DNA of 64,000 nucleotides from Camelus dromedarius (Eukaryota). Below, one piece after another: positions 12,071 to 25,210 of this stretch. The DNA is taken from contig NC_087436.1 in the NCBI RefSeq assembly GCF_036321535.1, positions 11,594,001-11,658,000 on the forward strand. Reading direction: 5' to 3'. How positions within the stretch are numbered: position 1 is the stretch's first letter; each line of letters begins with the position of its first letter. Below the pieces are notes generated by a model that had not been told where the DNA came from, did no database searches, and was given only the letters and a program-made list of their open reading frames with translations. The position numbers and the translations under genes were made by a program.

Positions 12071-15000
12071 TTGAGTTGTCATTAGTGTTGCTTATAAAGA
12101 AAGTTTGTACATTCAAGAATAAAAATACATTTATAACCAAAAATATTTTTTTCAATTTCCAAAAATTATTGAAGATTTCTTCTTCTTTTGTTTTGTTGAT
12201 TAACATTTTGGAGAATCCTAAAGGATCTTGAATTTTTTAAAAAACATTTACTTCATTGCTAAATTTGTGGTTTTGTTACATGCATTTTTTACTTCTCAGT
12301 TTGTGGGCATTTGTTTTGGCTTGCTAAAAGTAGATAAGAGTTTTTCACTTGATGTAAGTGTGAAAAACAGAAGTAAGGCTGTTAATAGACAGTGCCAAGG
12401 TAATAAATGCTCTGATTCCAAAATTAATATTATGAGTGTTCATCCAGAAGTTCTTTCTGCATTAGAACTTTATCATCTCAGAATTTAAGAAGCATCTGAT
12501 AATTTTGAATGGTTGGTTTTTAAACAATTCATGAAACTTATGTATTGCATAAACTGAAATTATTTTAGATAGAAAATCTCATCCCTTTAGAAAAGGAACA
12601 GAATTTGCACAAGAGTTTTTCAAAAGATAGTTAAAATTAACTATTGGTAATAAACATACCAGAGTGTGTAACACAAAGGCCATATGGTAGAAAATTCAGT
12701 TCAGTGTGTCTGTTTCCTTGGTGCTGTTGGGCAGGGTGTTTGTTGTTTGAGACCAGGAGTGCCAGCAGTGTGTCATTGTGTCGCCTTTTACCAGGAGGGC
12801 TCCTGAAAGCAGGGCATTATGGGAGGGGCTCCCACGGTAGGAGGCGCTCCCACGGTAGGAGGCCTGTGGATATGGTTGATCACTTAATCCAAAAAAGCCT
12901 GTTGAAGTAGAGAAACCGTTGAAAAAAGAGTACTTGTGTACCCTAGATATTTTATTTTAACCTGAAACATATAACTACAGTTGTAGGCCAGTCTTTTGTT
13001 GTGGAAGTAGGTCTGGCCAGCTGCGTGCAAAGCCCCGTGCTTTCCTTGCACGCGCCACACCGAACCACGCATCAGCTCTGACCTCCGGCACCTGAAAAGA
13101 AATCTCAATGCAAAGTCATCTTCGGATTATACACTTTCTCTTGTCATTCCTCATGTGTCTAATTTGATTAAAAAAAAGTTTTTTTGGTAACACATTGATC
13201 AAATTGTTCTAAAGTAACCAACTTGGTTTCCATAGAAAAGCTCTCTTTTTACACTCACATTTCCTTTATTTCCTTTGATTACACATATTTATTTAAATTA
13301 TGTAATTTCACTAACCAGTGCAAGTGTCATAAACAGATTTGGGAGTAAATCTAACATGCATGGTCGGTAAGATGCAGCTCAGCTGGAGAGGCAGACACGG
13401 GCCAGCGTGTCTGTGTGCGGAGGGCGAGGGAGAGCTGGTCAGTCAGGGGAGCAGGTTAGGCAGAGGTTGGTAAGGGATGCTTTTGCTTTCCTTCTGCTTT
13501 GTGTAGATAAACATGGAAATGAGAATCCCGTTGATGGGTATTTATTTTTAAAATGGATATTGAAGACACCCTATCAGTTAAACAGTCATTGACAGAGTAT
13601 CTGCTGGGTACTCGGGACTATGCTAGGTCCTGATGCTACAGAAAATAAACAGGGAACAACATATAATGAATACAGTATAGACTTAACAAACTGGATTTGA
13701 ATCTTGGCTTTGCTATTTAAATACCATATGACCTTGTCCAAATTCTCTGAGCTTGATTTTCTTGTCTGAAAAAGGGGATGTAATTCTGTTCTTTCTTATA
13801 TAAGAGCTTGTGGGAACATGGTGATTAGATAACTGGTTTATGTGGATAGAGGTGAGATATGCAGGGATAAATTAGAAGCGTGCTTGGGATGGAGGCCTGA
13901 GCCAGAAATGAATGGGGCTAGGAGTAGGGGCGCTGGTCTAGAGGGGCAGGCACTCAGTAAATATTTTTTTAATTGAGGGTAGGATGCAATCCACATTAAA
14001 ATGTTCAAGGGTGAGCGACCAGTTCAGGCTGAATGAGGTGCTGTAGGAGGCAGGGCAGCGGGAGTCTCCTGGTGGTGGTGGCGGTGGCGGTACCTACTCT
14101 TAGGCTGATGACAGTCTCTGATCCACGGGTCACTGCCCTGAGTGAGCGGTGATTCAGGCCTACAGCTCCTGGGTTCTAGCTCGTCTGGAGGGAGGCTTGG
14201 TAAGGGCTAGGCAGTTGTAATACCCACAGCTGAGTAAGCTGGTTTGTGGAAAGCCTGTATTCCCCTTAGGGAACAGACAGCAAACTCAGAATTTGGGGCC
14301 ATGCTCAGTCCCGTGGGGCTTAAGGGCTCACATTGTGGCTTGGTAAGCACGAGGGGGCTTTGGGGAGCACCCCACATTCAGAGCAGCGAGGTTACTTACA
14401 GACCACAATCACTGGTTAGGCTCCTAATAAACTTTGTAGTCTTGGTCAGGGTTAGTTTAGGACTGAATTGGACTGAACTTGAAGACCTAAGGCTTTTAAG
14501 GTCTGCAGCTAGACCAGGCTAGTTCAGATAAGGATTAGTAACCATTTTAGTGTTTTTTATGCATGGTTTGCTCTTTATGAATTCCAGTTTTCAGTAATAG
14601 TTCATTAAAATTTCCTGGAGCATCTGTTTTATGCCAGACAATGTTCCAGCCATTGGCAATGCAACATCAAGTAGACAGGCAAGACCCCTGTGCAGAGAGC
14701 TTCACAGCCTAGTACTTTACAGGTAGCAGGTGTTTCTAGTGACTGTGTATATGTGTGCAATATCCAGCGTGCATCATTCCTAGCATCTAGGTACCGAAGT
14801 AATAGAATTAGTAATCAGAGGATTAAGGAAGGTGTACCTCCCATAGATAAGGGAGGGCTCTAATGAACTACCATGGCACTGTCACACACACACCTCTAGT
14901 GATGGGAATATTGATTGAATGCCATCAAATCGAATGTCCCTCCACCCTGTGTGGCACCTGGAAAAACTGACAAATAACTGCTCTTCAGATGACCCATTTC

Positions 15001-16420
15001 TGCATATTTTGTATTCTGGTAGTTGCCTTTTCTGCCCTCAAGCACCTGAGAATGTGGCAGACTCTACCAGCCACAGTGGCTTACTGAGGCCAGGATTCCT
15101 ACCAGAGGGCAGAGGGCTGAATGTTTTGAACTCTCGTCTGTCTCCATATGGAAATTGAGTAACATGGACCATTTTGCACCTTCTGTTAAAAGTAATTTCT
15201 TCTGACAGAGACCATAACTGTACACTTGATCATGGTGTAAGCTTGGTTACAGTCATGTCCCAGATCAACCCTTTAGTTACCTTGATTGAATGACTATTTT
15301 CTATTCTCAGCCACACATAGAGAAGTTGCCCAAGTACCAAAAGAGTTCAGGAGAAGGGTCATCTTCAGGGTGAACAAAACATCTGAGCAGGTTTGTGAAT
15401 GCTTGCAGTGTCACCTTAGCAAAAAACTACTTAAGTGAGTGCATAATACTGCATATTTAAGTTATTACTGAACAACTCAGAACATAATAAGGAGCCCTTT
15501 GACTGGCTCTGCTAGAAAACTTAAGGGGCCAGTGGACTCTGGCTAGCTGTCCCATTAGAATTCAGAGCTCGAATCATGAATTTACCATTGACTTCAAGAG
15601 TGACCTTGAGTAAGACATTAATTTCTGTCTGTTTTGCAGCTATTAAATGAGGCCAGTAATGCTTTGATACCTCACAGGTTGCTGTAAAATGTCCCAGGCA
15701 GAGCTCGTAAACATATTAAAGTGCTCTATGAGTGTTACGCAGAAGTAAGAAATGGAACAGCAGTGAAAAGACTGGAGGCCATGAGGAAGAAGAGCTCACT
15801 GAGATTATTTGGGATCACTGGGTAAAAAATGCTTGTGTAATCTTTCCCTCACTTCATGTTCTCACTCTTTATATCAGGATATACATTTGTGACCCCCTCC
15901 ACCCCAAAAAGATTCTTAGTTTGCTATAGATTTCTCTCTATCCGACAAGTCTTGTATATTTGGATTAGTGTGGAGACAGCCCTCTAGGGTGATTACTGTT
16001 TTATATCTTTAATTTAAAACAGCCTTCTGCATTGGTTTGACATGTGATGGCTGGAGATGCTTCTCCTAGCAGAGTCTGTGGAAGGCTTACTGTTTTTCCA
16101 TTGAGTTCTGTTTCTCATAAGAGATAGGGAGGAAGTTCTTTATGTCTGAAGGGTTTTGGCAGATGTGCATGGAAAACACAGATTAAAACTTAAAAAAAAA
16201 TCTTGAATCAAACCTTCAGGGTTAGTGGTTGTTTATGTCATAACAATGGAAATCCTATCATGGGAGTGAATTTATCTGACGTTCTAGTACCTGCAATTCT
16301 GTTAACCTAGTATTTTATCACTTTACCAGAATAGTGATAATTTTAGTTTATTATCATTAATAATATGATGAATGATGAATTTCTTTTACTGTAAAATTTA
16401 GTTATTTACAATTGAGTTTT

Positions 16421-16550
16421 TTGGGGGGGAGGCAGGTAATTAGGTTTATTTGTTCATATTTATTTATTTTTAGTGAAGGTACTGGAGGTTGAACCCAGGA
16501 CCTCTGGCATGCTAAGCATGCACTCTTCTGCTGAGCTATACCCTCCCCAC
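16421..16550 (-). mobile_element. Camelid tRNA-derived SINE (Vic-1-type)
   Basis: TSD tacaattgagtttt (16407-16420) / tacaattaagtttt (16551-16564). Confidence 0.9.
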
Positions 16551-18170
16551 TACAATTAAGTTTTGATTTTAGTTGTATTTTATTATGCTTTAAGTTAGAG
16601 CTTGGTAATCCTCATAATTTTAATCAAAGTATTTGACCAGTTAGAACATCCATTTTTCAATCATGCCAGTTAAATTGTTTTACTCTATATAAGAGTACAG
16701 AATAGCTTATGTAGAATTTAATATGGAAGAAGCCACTGAGGTCAGCTACTCTGAGAAAATCTAGAGCTAGAACATCCTATAAAACTAGATGGACATCACA
16801 CTTGAGGTGGTTTTTTAAGTTTTTGTTTGGAGAAAAGTTAGTTACTCCAGAAGAGTTAGTAATTACGTTATTTGTTGTGGCTTTATATCATTAAAATATA
16901 TACTCTTTGAAGATGTCCAGACGTTTGAGTCATTTTGCAATTCGTGTTTTAAGTAGCTTCATGTGGAATATACAAGCTTGTTAATCTTGATAAACAAAAA
17001 ACCGATTCTACCCTGATTATGAGTTAGCGTCTTATGAGCAGTGTTGAGTAGGGATGAGAAAAGTTAGAAATAAGTCAGAGTCCTTACCAGGTGGGTTTTG
17101 TTCCTGATCTGTGGTCTCTGCCTCGTGTTTAGGTTTGGAGCCTGTGTGGGGAGGGCGCATTTGCATCAGGCATGTTGCCAGTATCTTCTCACTTTTCATT
17201 GTCCAGCAGTAATTTAATTTGATCTTAACCTCTCTTTTTATATCAAGCGTAGGCTTTAAGAAACAAAGTTAGAAGATGTTGTATGAACATTGATTACAGA
17301 CAGGGTTGAGATGAGAGAACGTAGAATAATTTCTGATGAAATATAGCATGTCCCTGAAAAGAACTGTTTGTTTAAGGAGTAAGAGTGTGTGGTGTGTATG
17401 TGTTTGAGAGAGACAGAGAAGAGTGTGTGTGCATGCACGCACATGCATGTATGTGTCCTTTGACTTAGCATTATATTTGCAAAAAAAAAACCAAAAAAAT
17501 TTTAAAAATTAGTAGTGGCCACTTCAGCCTTGAAAAAAATCCCATTGGAATAAATTTGGTAATCTTTGGGAGCCTCTGAATAATATGAATCAATTTGGAA
17601 AGGAGATGAAAAAGGAGCAGCATAGACGAAAAGTCAAGAAGGTAAGAGGGAGGAGAGGACAGAACAGGAAGGAGTGGGAGAGGAGGGAGTCTCCATATGA
17701 CCCAGGTTTTTTTTTTTTTGAAGATAGAGCTCTTGCTTAAAGCCTTACTCATTTTACTACACATGTCAAGTTGCTCCCCGTTAACTATTCTGTGATACCT
17801 ACTTAACAGTGATGGTTGGATTAAGACGCCCCCATTTTTATCAACATTACAGATTTTGGAAGGAGGAAGAAATATTTGTTGGTGGAAGAATAATGAATCC
17901 TTGTTACCAAGGAGCTCTCAAATTGATCATATTAAGACTTTTTTCTTCATTTAAAAATGTTTGGTTTTCGGGCATGTTTGAATGAAAGTTTAATCCAATC
18001 CTGTATTCGTAATGGTTTGAATGGTTATTTTTGCGTAGACCAAGTGACTGACAGAAAAAGGAAACAATGAATGTAAACTATTTTGACAATTATATTTGGC
18101 AGTTAATTTGGTGATTATCATCCATAGTTGTAAATATTATCCATGCAGCACGTTTGAAAAGTCCCGGGTA

Positions 18171-18301
18171 GGGGGAGGGTATAGCTCAGTAGTAGAGTAC
18201 ATGCCTAGCATGCACAAGGTCCTGGGTTCAATCCCCAGTACCTCCATTTAAATAAACAAACAAACAAACAAACCAAATTACCTCCTCCTCCCCTCGAAAA
18301 A
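18171..18301 (+). mobile_element. Camelid tRNA-derived SINE (Vic-1-type)
   Basis: gggggagggtatagctcagtagtagagtacatgcctagcatgcacaaggtcctgggttcaatccccagtacctcc plus (AAAC)n tail. Confidence 0.92.
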
Positions 18302-20098
18302 GGAAAGTCAGAGGTGTCCTTCGCCCCCCTGTATTAAGAGATATATATCTTCTGTTCTTTAACTGATTATCTTGGCCCCTTAGACTTGCTTAAATTTTAA
18401 TTAAAACGTGTTTTTGAGTCCTAATGATGGCACTTGTCAGTCCCTATTTTCTTCTTTAGATAGCGGGTAGATGCCTCAATCTCCAAAGGCTGATCTAATC
18501 GTTTAAATTCTGGTTTTGGAAGGTGGATGTGGAATCAGTGATGGTCTGTTCCCTAATTATTTGTGAAATTCTGAGGTTGTGCAGAGGAAGAATCTTGGAG
18601 GATCTGATGGAGATACAGAGGGGAGTGTTGACCTATAGGAGTGAAATGCATGTTCAGTTAGTTGAGAGAGCAGTAGTCATGTTTTTTGACTTGTAGTCGT
18701 TTTAGAGTAGGGACTAAAGGAGAGGAGATGGAAGTGGATTAACTCTGATAAATAATAAGAGAAATAGAATAAAACATTCATTTTGGAAGAAGGGGCTACT
18801 GCCTTCCGTGTTCCAGTCACTTTGCAAAGTACTGACCTCGTTTAGTTTTTACAACATCGTGGACTGAGGGTTGTTTTTCACAAATCGGAGGATTGCAGCT
18901 CCGAGGGGCTAAGTGACTTTCTGGGGTTGCACAGCTGGGATGGCGCGTGCCCAGCCTTCAGGACCAGCATTCTCTGACTCTAGAGCTGGTGATACAGTTT
19001 CCATTCTCCATTCTCTTCCTACTGACTCCATTCTGCCCCTAAGGCTTTCCAGGAACTCAGTGACAGGTTGGGGCTTCACATCTACAGCTCCTGAGCCCTC
19101 TCGTGCCTGTGGACTTCAGACTCTGAGATCTGAAGACCCCTGTGAAGGCAGGAGTACTGGCACAATGGAGACTCCACGTGCCCCTACGAAATGTAAGCGC
19201 TGCCTCTTACAGTCCAGGCTCTAGGATGGCTGGTACATTTGTTCATTTTGTCACTGCCATATCCCTGGAACCTAGACTAGTGATTAGTGTTAGTTAGAAG
19301 CTTGATAAATATTAGTTAAATGAATAATGAGGGAATGTCTGTAGGATAAGCTGGCCCTGTTTGAGAACTAGAAGCTAGCCAAGCAGGTCCTGGTAGGATG
19401 GGAGGAAGGGAACCTGGGGACAAGCATTCTGTATCTTCTGGGCAGGGACTCAGGGGCAGGATTTTAGTCTTTGGGAGAAAGGGTCAGTGCACAGTGAAGT
19501 CGGGTCCACTGAGAGAAGGGCCCTAGTTCAAGGCAGTGAGGGGCATGTGGGCTGGAACTGGGTCTGGGGAGCAGGGCATCACGGTGCCCAGGGCCACGTC
19601 AGTGTTGGCGTAAACTAGCACCCACTGGGTTGAGCTGCTTAGAGCCCAGACGTTCTCTCTGCTTAGAGACAAGATTAGTTCCAGATACAAAGCTGCCAGC
19701 TATGGAACTGGTGAGTGCCAGGGCAGGGAGCCAGGCTGTCATTGAAAGGACCCATGGACGACTTTCTTTACTTATGTCCGCTGTGTGTTAGGAAAAATGA
19801 ATCATGTGTGAAAGTTCAGTGTTTTGTTTGTTCAGCATTGTCTTGCTAAAAAAGTTCCCTGAGATCAAAGGAACTTGATGTCTATTAAAGTTTTTCTAAT
19901 ATGATTATGGGTTAAAGCTGAATATTCATTTAATTTTATAATATGATTGTATGTTATTGCAAATATTTTAAAAATATTTGTTTTTTAACCATTTTTAGTC
20001 TTCATTGTCATTGATTATAATATTTTGTTAATGTCAGTTTATCATAATTTAGTTAGTTGTCATATTGTTAACTCTTCTTTGTTTTTTCCCCTACTCTT

Positions 20099-23000
20099 TT
20101 TTAAATGTAGTTCTTTTTTTTTCATTTTTCAGTTTTATTAGGTAAAATTGATAGTTTGCACATATACAATATATTGCATGTAAGCACATATATACAATAT
20201 ACTGACATTTTAAAACATTTACATATATGTACTGTTCATTGTCTCAGAACAGTTTAGAGCTTTAGCTTTAAAAAAATTTTTGTATTTATTTTACAATATC
20301 GTATTTTTAAAATTGAGGTCTAGTTGATGTACAGTATTATATGTTACAGGTACATAATATAGTGATTCACAGTTTTAAAGGTTATACTCCATTTATAGTT
20401 AATATAAAATATTGGCTGTGTTCCCCATGTTGTACAGCACAGCCTTGTAGCTGATTTTATACCTGATAGTTTGTACCTCTTAATTCTCCACCTCATTACC
20501 CCTCCTTCTTCCCTCTCCCCACTGGTAACCACTAGTTCCTTCTCTCCATCTGTGAGTCTGTTTCTTTTCTGTTATATTCACTAGTTTGTTGTATTTTTTT
20601 AGATTCCACATGTAAGTGGTATCTTACAGTATTTGTCTTTCTCTGTCTGACTTATTTCACTTAGCATAATGCCCTCCAAGTCCACCCATGCTGGACACCA
20701 GAAACTAACACAACGTTTCAAATCAACTGTACTTCAATTAAAAAGCAACCAACCAACCAATGAATCCATTTAAAATATGGACAGAAGAACTGAATAGACA
20801 TTTTTCCAAAAGAGGAAATGCAGATGGTCAACAGGAACATGAAGAGTTGCTCAACATCACTAATATCAGGGAAATGCAAATGAAAATCACGAGACATCGT
20901 CTCACAGCTGTCAGAAAGGCCATCATCAAAAAGAACACAAAAACAAAAACATGTTGGCAAGGATGTGGATAAAAGGGAACCCTTGTATACAGTTGGTGGG
21001 AATGTAAACTGGTGCAGCCACCATGGAAAACAATATGGAGGTTTCTCAAAAACCTAAAAATAGAAACCTAAAAATAGAATATGACCCAGCAGTTCCACTC
21101 CTGGACATATATCTGGGAAAAAACAAAAACATTAATTCAAAAAGATACATACACCCTGCTGTTAATAGCAGTACTATTTACAGTTGCCAAGACATGGAAG
21201 CGTCCCAGGTGCACTTCAGTAGATGAATGAACAAAGAAGAAGTAGCACATGTATGCAATGGAATAAAACTCACCCATAAAAAAGAAGGATATTTTGCCAT
21301 TTTCAGTCCTTCATTCACTTTTTTTTTTTTTTTGCATTTCAAAAACCAGAATTTTATAACTGGTATAAACATTTCCATTGCATCAAAAACAACTAAAGAC
21401 CCAGAAATAAACTTAACCAAGAATGTTACCTACACCCCAAAAACTAAAACATTGATGAAGGAAATTGAAGATGATACAAAGAAATGAAAAGATATGCTCT
21501 TTGATTGGAGGAATTAACACTATCAAAATGGCCAAACTATCCAAAGCAATCCACAGACCCAATGCAACCCCCGTTAAAATACTCATGACATCTTAGACAG
21601 AACTAGAACAAATCTAACATTTATATGGAACCACAGAAAACCCCAATTTGCCAAAGCAATCATTTGTAGATCTTTTTTTTCTTCTTCTCTCATTTTGTTT
21701 TCTTTCTTGTGGTTTGGTGACTAGAAAAGTTCCTTTAACATTTGTTGTAAAGCTGGTTTGGTGGTGCTGAATTCTTTTAGCTTTTGTTTATCTGCGAAGC
21801 TTTTGATTTCTCCATCAATTCTGAATGAGAACCTTGCTGGACAGAGTATTCTTGTAAGTTTTTCCCTTTCATCACTTTAAATATATCATGCCACTCCCTT
21901 TTGGCCTGTAGAATTTCTGTTGAAAAATCAGCTGATAACCTTATGGGAGTTCCCATGTATGTTATTTGTTGCTTTTCTCTTGCTGATTTTAATATTTTCT
22001 CCTTATCCTTAATTTTTGTCAGTTTGATGACTATGTGCCTTGGTGTTTTCCTCTTTGGGTTGATCCTGTGAAACTCTTTGCGCTTCCTGGACTTGGGTGA
22101 CTGTTTCCTTTCCCGAGTTAAGGAAGTTTTCGGTTATTATCCCTTCAAAAATTTTCTCCGGTCCTTTCTCTTTTCTCTTTCTGGGACCTCTATAATGCGA
22201 ATATTAGTGTGCTTCATGTTGTCCCAGAGTTCCCTTAAACTATCCTCATTTCTTTTCATTCTTTTTTCTGTTCTGCAGTAGTGATTTCCATTAATCTGTC
22301 TTCTAGTTCACTAATCTGTTCTTCTACCTCATTTAATCTATTCTTGGTTCTTTCTAGTGTGTTATTCATTTCAGTAATTTTATTCTTCAACTCTGTTTGG
22401 GTATTCTTTATATTTTCCAACTCTTTGCTAAAAACTTTGCTCTGTGCTTCCATACTCTTCTTGAGTTCTGTGAACATCTTCTCCATCATCACTCTAAACT
22501 CTTTCTCAGATAAATTGCTTATCTCCTCATCACTTATTTCTTCTTCTGGGATTTTTTTCTTGTGCCTTGGCTTGGAAGATATTCCTCTGCCACCTCATAT
22601 TGTCTTACCTTTCTACTAGTATTTTTAGGTAGGTTAGTTAACGTTTCTTGACCTTGGAGAGGTGGCCCTGTGTAGGAGATGTCCTATGAGTCTCAGCAGT
22701 ACTCTCCTCTCTGGTCACCCAAAGGCCAGGGTCCAGCCAGTCCCAGGGTAGAGTCTGGCCTGTGTTTGTGGATTCCTTCCACAGTCTTTGAGATTGTTGT
22801 TTTCTCATTTCTGGTGTCTACCCCCTGGTGGATGAGGCCCTACTAGGGGTTTATGCAGGTTTCCTGGCAAGAGGAGTTGGTTCCTGCCCATTGCTGGGTG
22901 GAGCTGGATCCTGGCCCTCTAGTGGGTAGGACTGTGTCTAGAAGTGAGTCTCAAGGGAGCTGTGGGCTCAGGAAGTCTGTTAATGGGTGGGGCTGCGTTC

Positions 23001-23698
23001 CCACCCAGTATGTTGTTTGGGCTGAGGCTTCCCAGCCCTTAAGCCTACTGGCTGTTGGGTGGGGCTGGGTCTTGGTGCAAATGATCCAGTCAAGATGTCA
23101 GCCTCCAGGAAAGCTCATATATATGAACACTCCCAGAATGTCAGCCATCAGCTTTTGTGTCCCCTGGGTGAGCTACAGCTGTCCCTTATGTCCCCAGGAG
23201 ACCTTTCAAAACCAGCAGGCAAGTCTGGTTCAGGTTCCTATGAAATCACTGCCTCTGCCCTTGGATCCGATGCACATAAGATTCTATAAGCGCTTCCCAA
23301 GAGACTGAAGTCTCTGTTTTCCCCAGTCGTAGGGGCTCCTGGACTGGAGTCCCACAGGGCTTCAAAACCAGACGTCCTGGGGTCTCCTCCTCCCAGTGCT
23401 GGCACCCCAGGCTTGGGAGCCTGACTTTGGGGCTCAGAACTGTCACTCCTGTGGGAGGGCCTCTGCGACTTAGTTATTCTTCTACTTGTGGGTCGCGTAC
23501 CCACGGGGATATAGGGCCTGATTATATCATGAACACGCCCCTCCTGCCATCCCACTATGGTTCCCTCTTTATATTTTCAGTTGAAGAAGGTCTTTTTTGC
23601 TAGGTTCCAGTCTTTTTTCGATGGTTGTTTAGCAGTCAGTTGTGGTTTTGTTGTAGTCACCAGGAGAGGCGCGCTCGTGGTCCTACCACTCCACCATC
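20099..23698 (-). mobile_element. Rearranged L1: minus-strand 5'UTR+ORF1 (about 21665-23698), plus-strand ORF2 pieces (about 20741-21662), minus-strand 3'UTR (about 20300-20693) and an extra 3' tail (20099-20300)
   Basis: 14-bp direct repeat tttcccctactctt at 20085-20098 and 23699-23712; ORF1p-like peptide ...KELENIKNTQTELKNKITEMNNTLE...ISELEDR at 22256-22492. Confidence 0.85.
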
Positions 23699-25093
23699 TT
23701 TCCCCTACTCTTGTAAGTAACGTTAAAGTAGAATTCATGGATGTAGCCTGTTTCATTCTTGGAACTATTTTCTCAAAGTAGATTTGCAGGACATACTTCC
23801 GGGGTCAAAAGCTTTAAACCTTTATAATTTTTGTAGCTCTTGATGAATATTGCTTATTTCCTCTCTAAGACAGTTGACTGGTTTACTGACAGCAAAAATA
23901 TGCTAGGGTCCAAACTTAACTGTACTTTGATCTGAATGTTTAATTTTTTTTATCAGTTATCATAAAATGCTTTCTTGTTATTTTACATTTATTTAATAAC
24001 TAGTGAGGTATCAAATATATTTCCCATATTTGTATGTTGTTTGTTCTTTTCCAGTTTGTTTGGTTGTATCTTTCACTTTTGGAATATTTGATGCAATAAG
24101 AAAGTAACCTTACGCTTATTGTGAATGACCTGGATAGAATATCCTCTGTGAGAAAAGAAATCCTGACATTTGATTGTAATGGGACTGAATGTTCAAACTA
24201 AGAAAAAAAAGCCTTGAATTAGTGCTAATGTGCTAGTCGGGTCATGAGCCAGGCACTGTGTTGAATGGTTGACCAACTTAATTAATTTTTTCAGCAACTC
24301 TGCAGGGTAGGTGCTGTCTTCATTGTGCATTTGAGCCACTGGGGGTTTTCGGGAAACCTTGTATTAAAAATAACGGAAGAAGCAGCTGCAAAAAGGACAC
24401 TGTAGGAGACCCATATTTCTTCTCTCTGCCACCTTTGCTTTTCCCCTTCATTTATTATATCATTGGAAATGCCATCAATTACAGATGTAGTCTGCATAAG
24501 AGTCAGCCTCTCTTAAATCTTTAAATACCTCTGGAAGAGATTTGTCCTGGAAGGTGATATGTTATTAACTATTAATGTGAAATAATAATGAGATGGCTTT
24601 CCTTTTGACCCTGCTGACAGTAGCTGTCCCGAGGGATGGAGCTTGGGTAGAGGTGTGCTGGGAGAGGGTGGTGGGGTAGGTATATTCAGAAGATGAAACA
24701 CTTAGCAGGAAAGACAGGTCTGGGTGGAGAATCATATCTGGGTGCACAGAGCAGAGAGTTAGCTGGCTGTGGCTGTGGCCCAGCTTTAGGGCTTTGAGAT
24801 GTAGACGTGCAAAAGAGGTGGCAGAATGTGAAGGACAAACACTTCCTATTTCAAAACTCTGTCCCCGGCCAGGCCTACATCCCAGAAAGAGGAAGGAAAC
24901 TTTCTTCCTCCTTCCCTGCACCCACTGCCCCCTGAGGTCAGAGTCAGATAGTAATATTGTATTCTTTGCTATTGTGGTTTATACCTACTTTTGATACTGT
25001 TTCTGTGAGTAAATATACAGGGAGTGTCATGCAGCCAATTGATAAACTTGTGGGGCATGACTTACTTATAAATTGGGGACTAAATGCAATTTT

Positions 25094-25210
25094 GTTTGTT
25101 ATTGTTTGTTTATTTGTTTTTTGTCAGTGGAGGTACTGGGATTGAACCCAGGACCTCATGCATGCTAAGCATGTGCTCCACCACTGAGCTGTATGTCCCC
25201 TACTCCCACC
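25094..25210 (-). mobile_element. Camelid tRNA-derived SINE (Vic-1-type)
   Basis: ggaggtactgggattgaacccaggacctcatgcatgctaagcatgtgctccaccactgagct. Confidence 0.88.

Noticed and set aside
18171..18245. tRNA-like sequence with A and B boxes (also five other copies)
   Set aside because: A-rich tails, TSDs and diverged multiple copies identify them as tRNA-derived SINEs, not tRNA genes.
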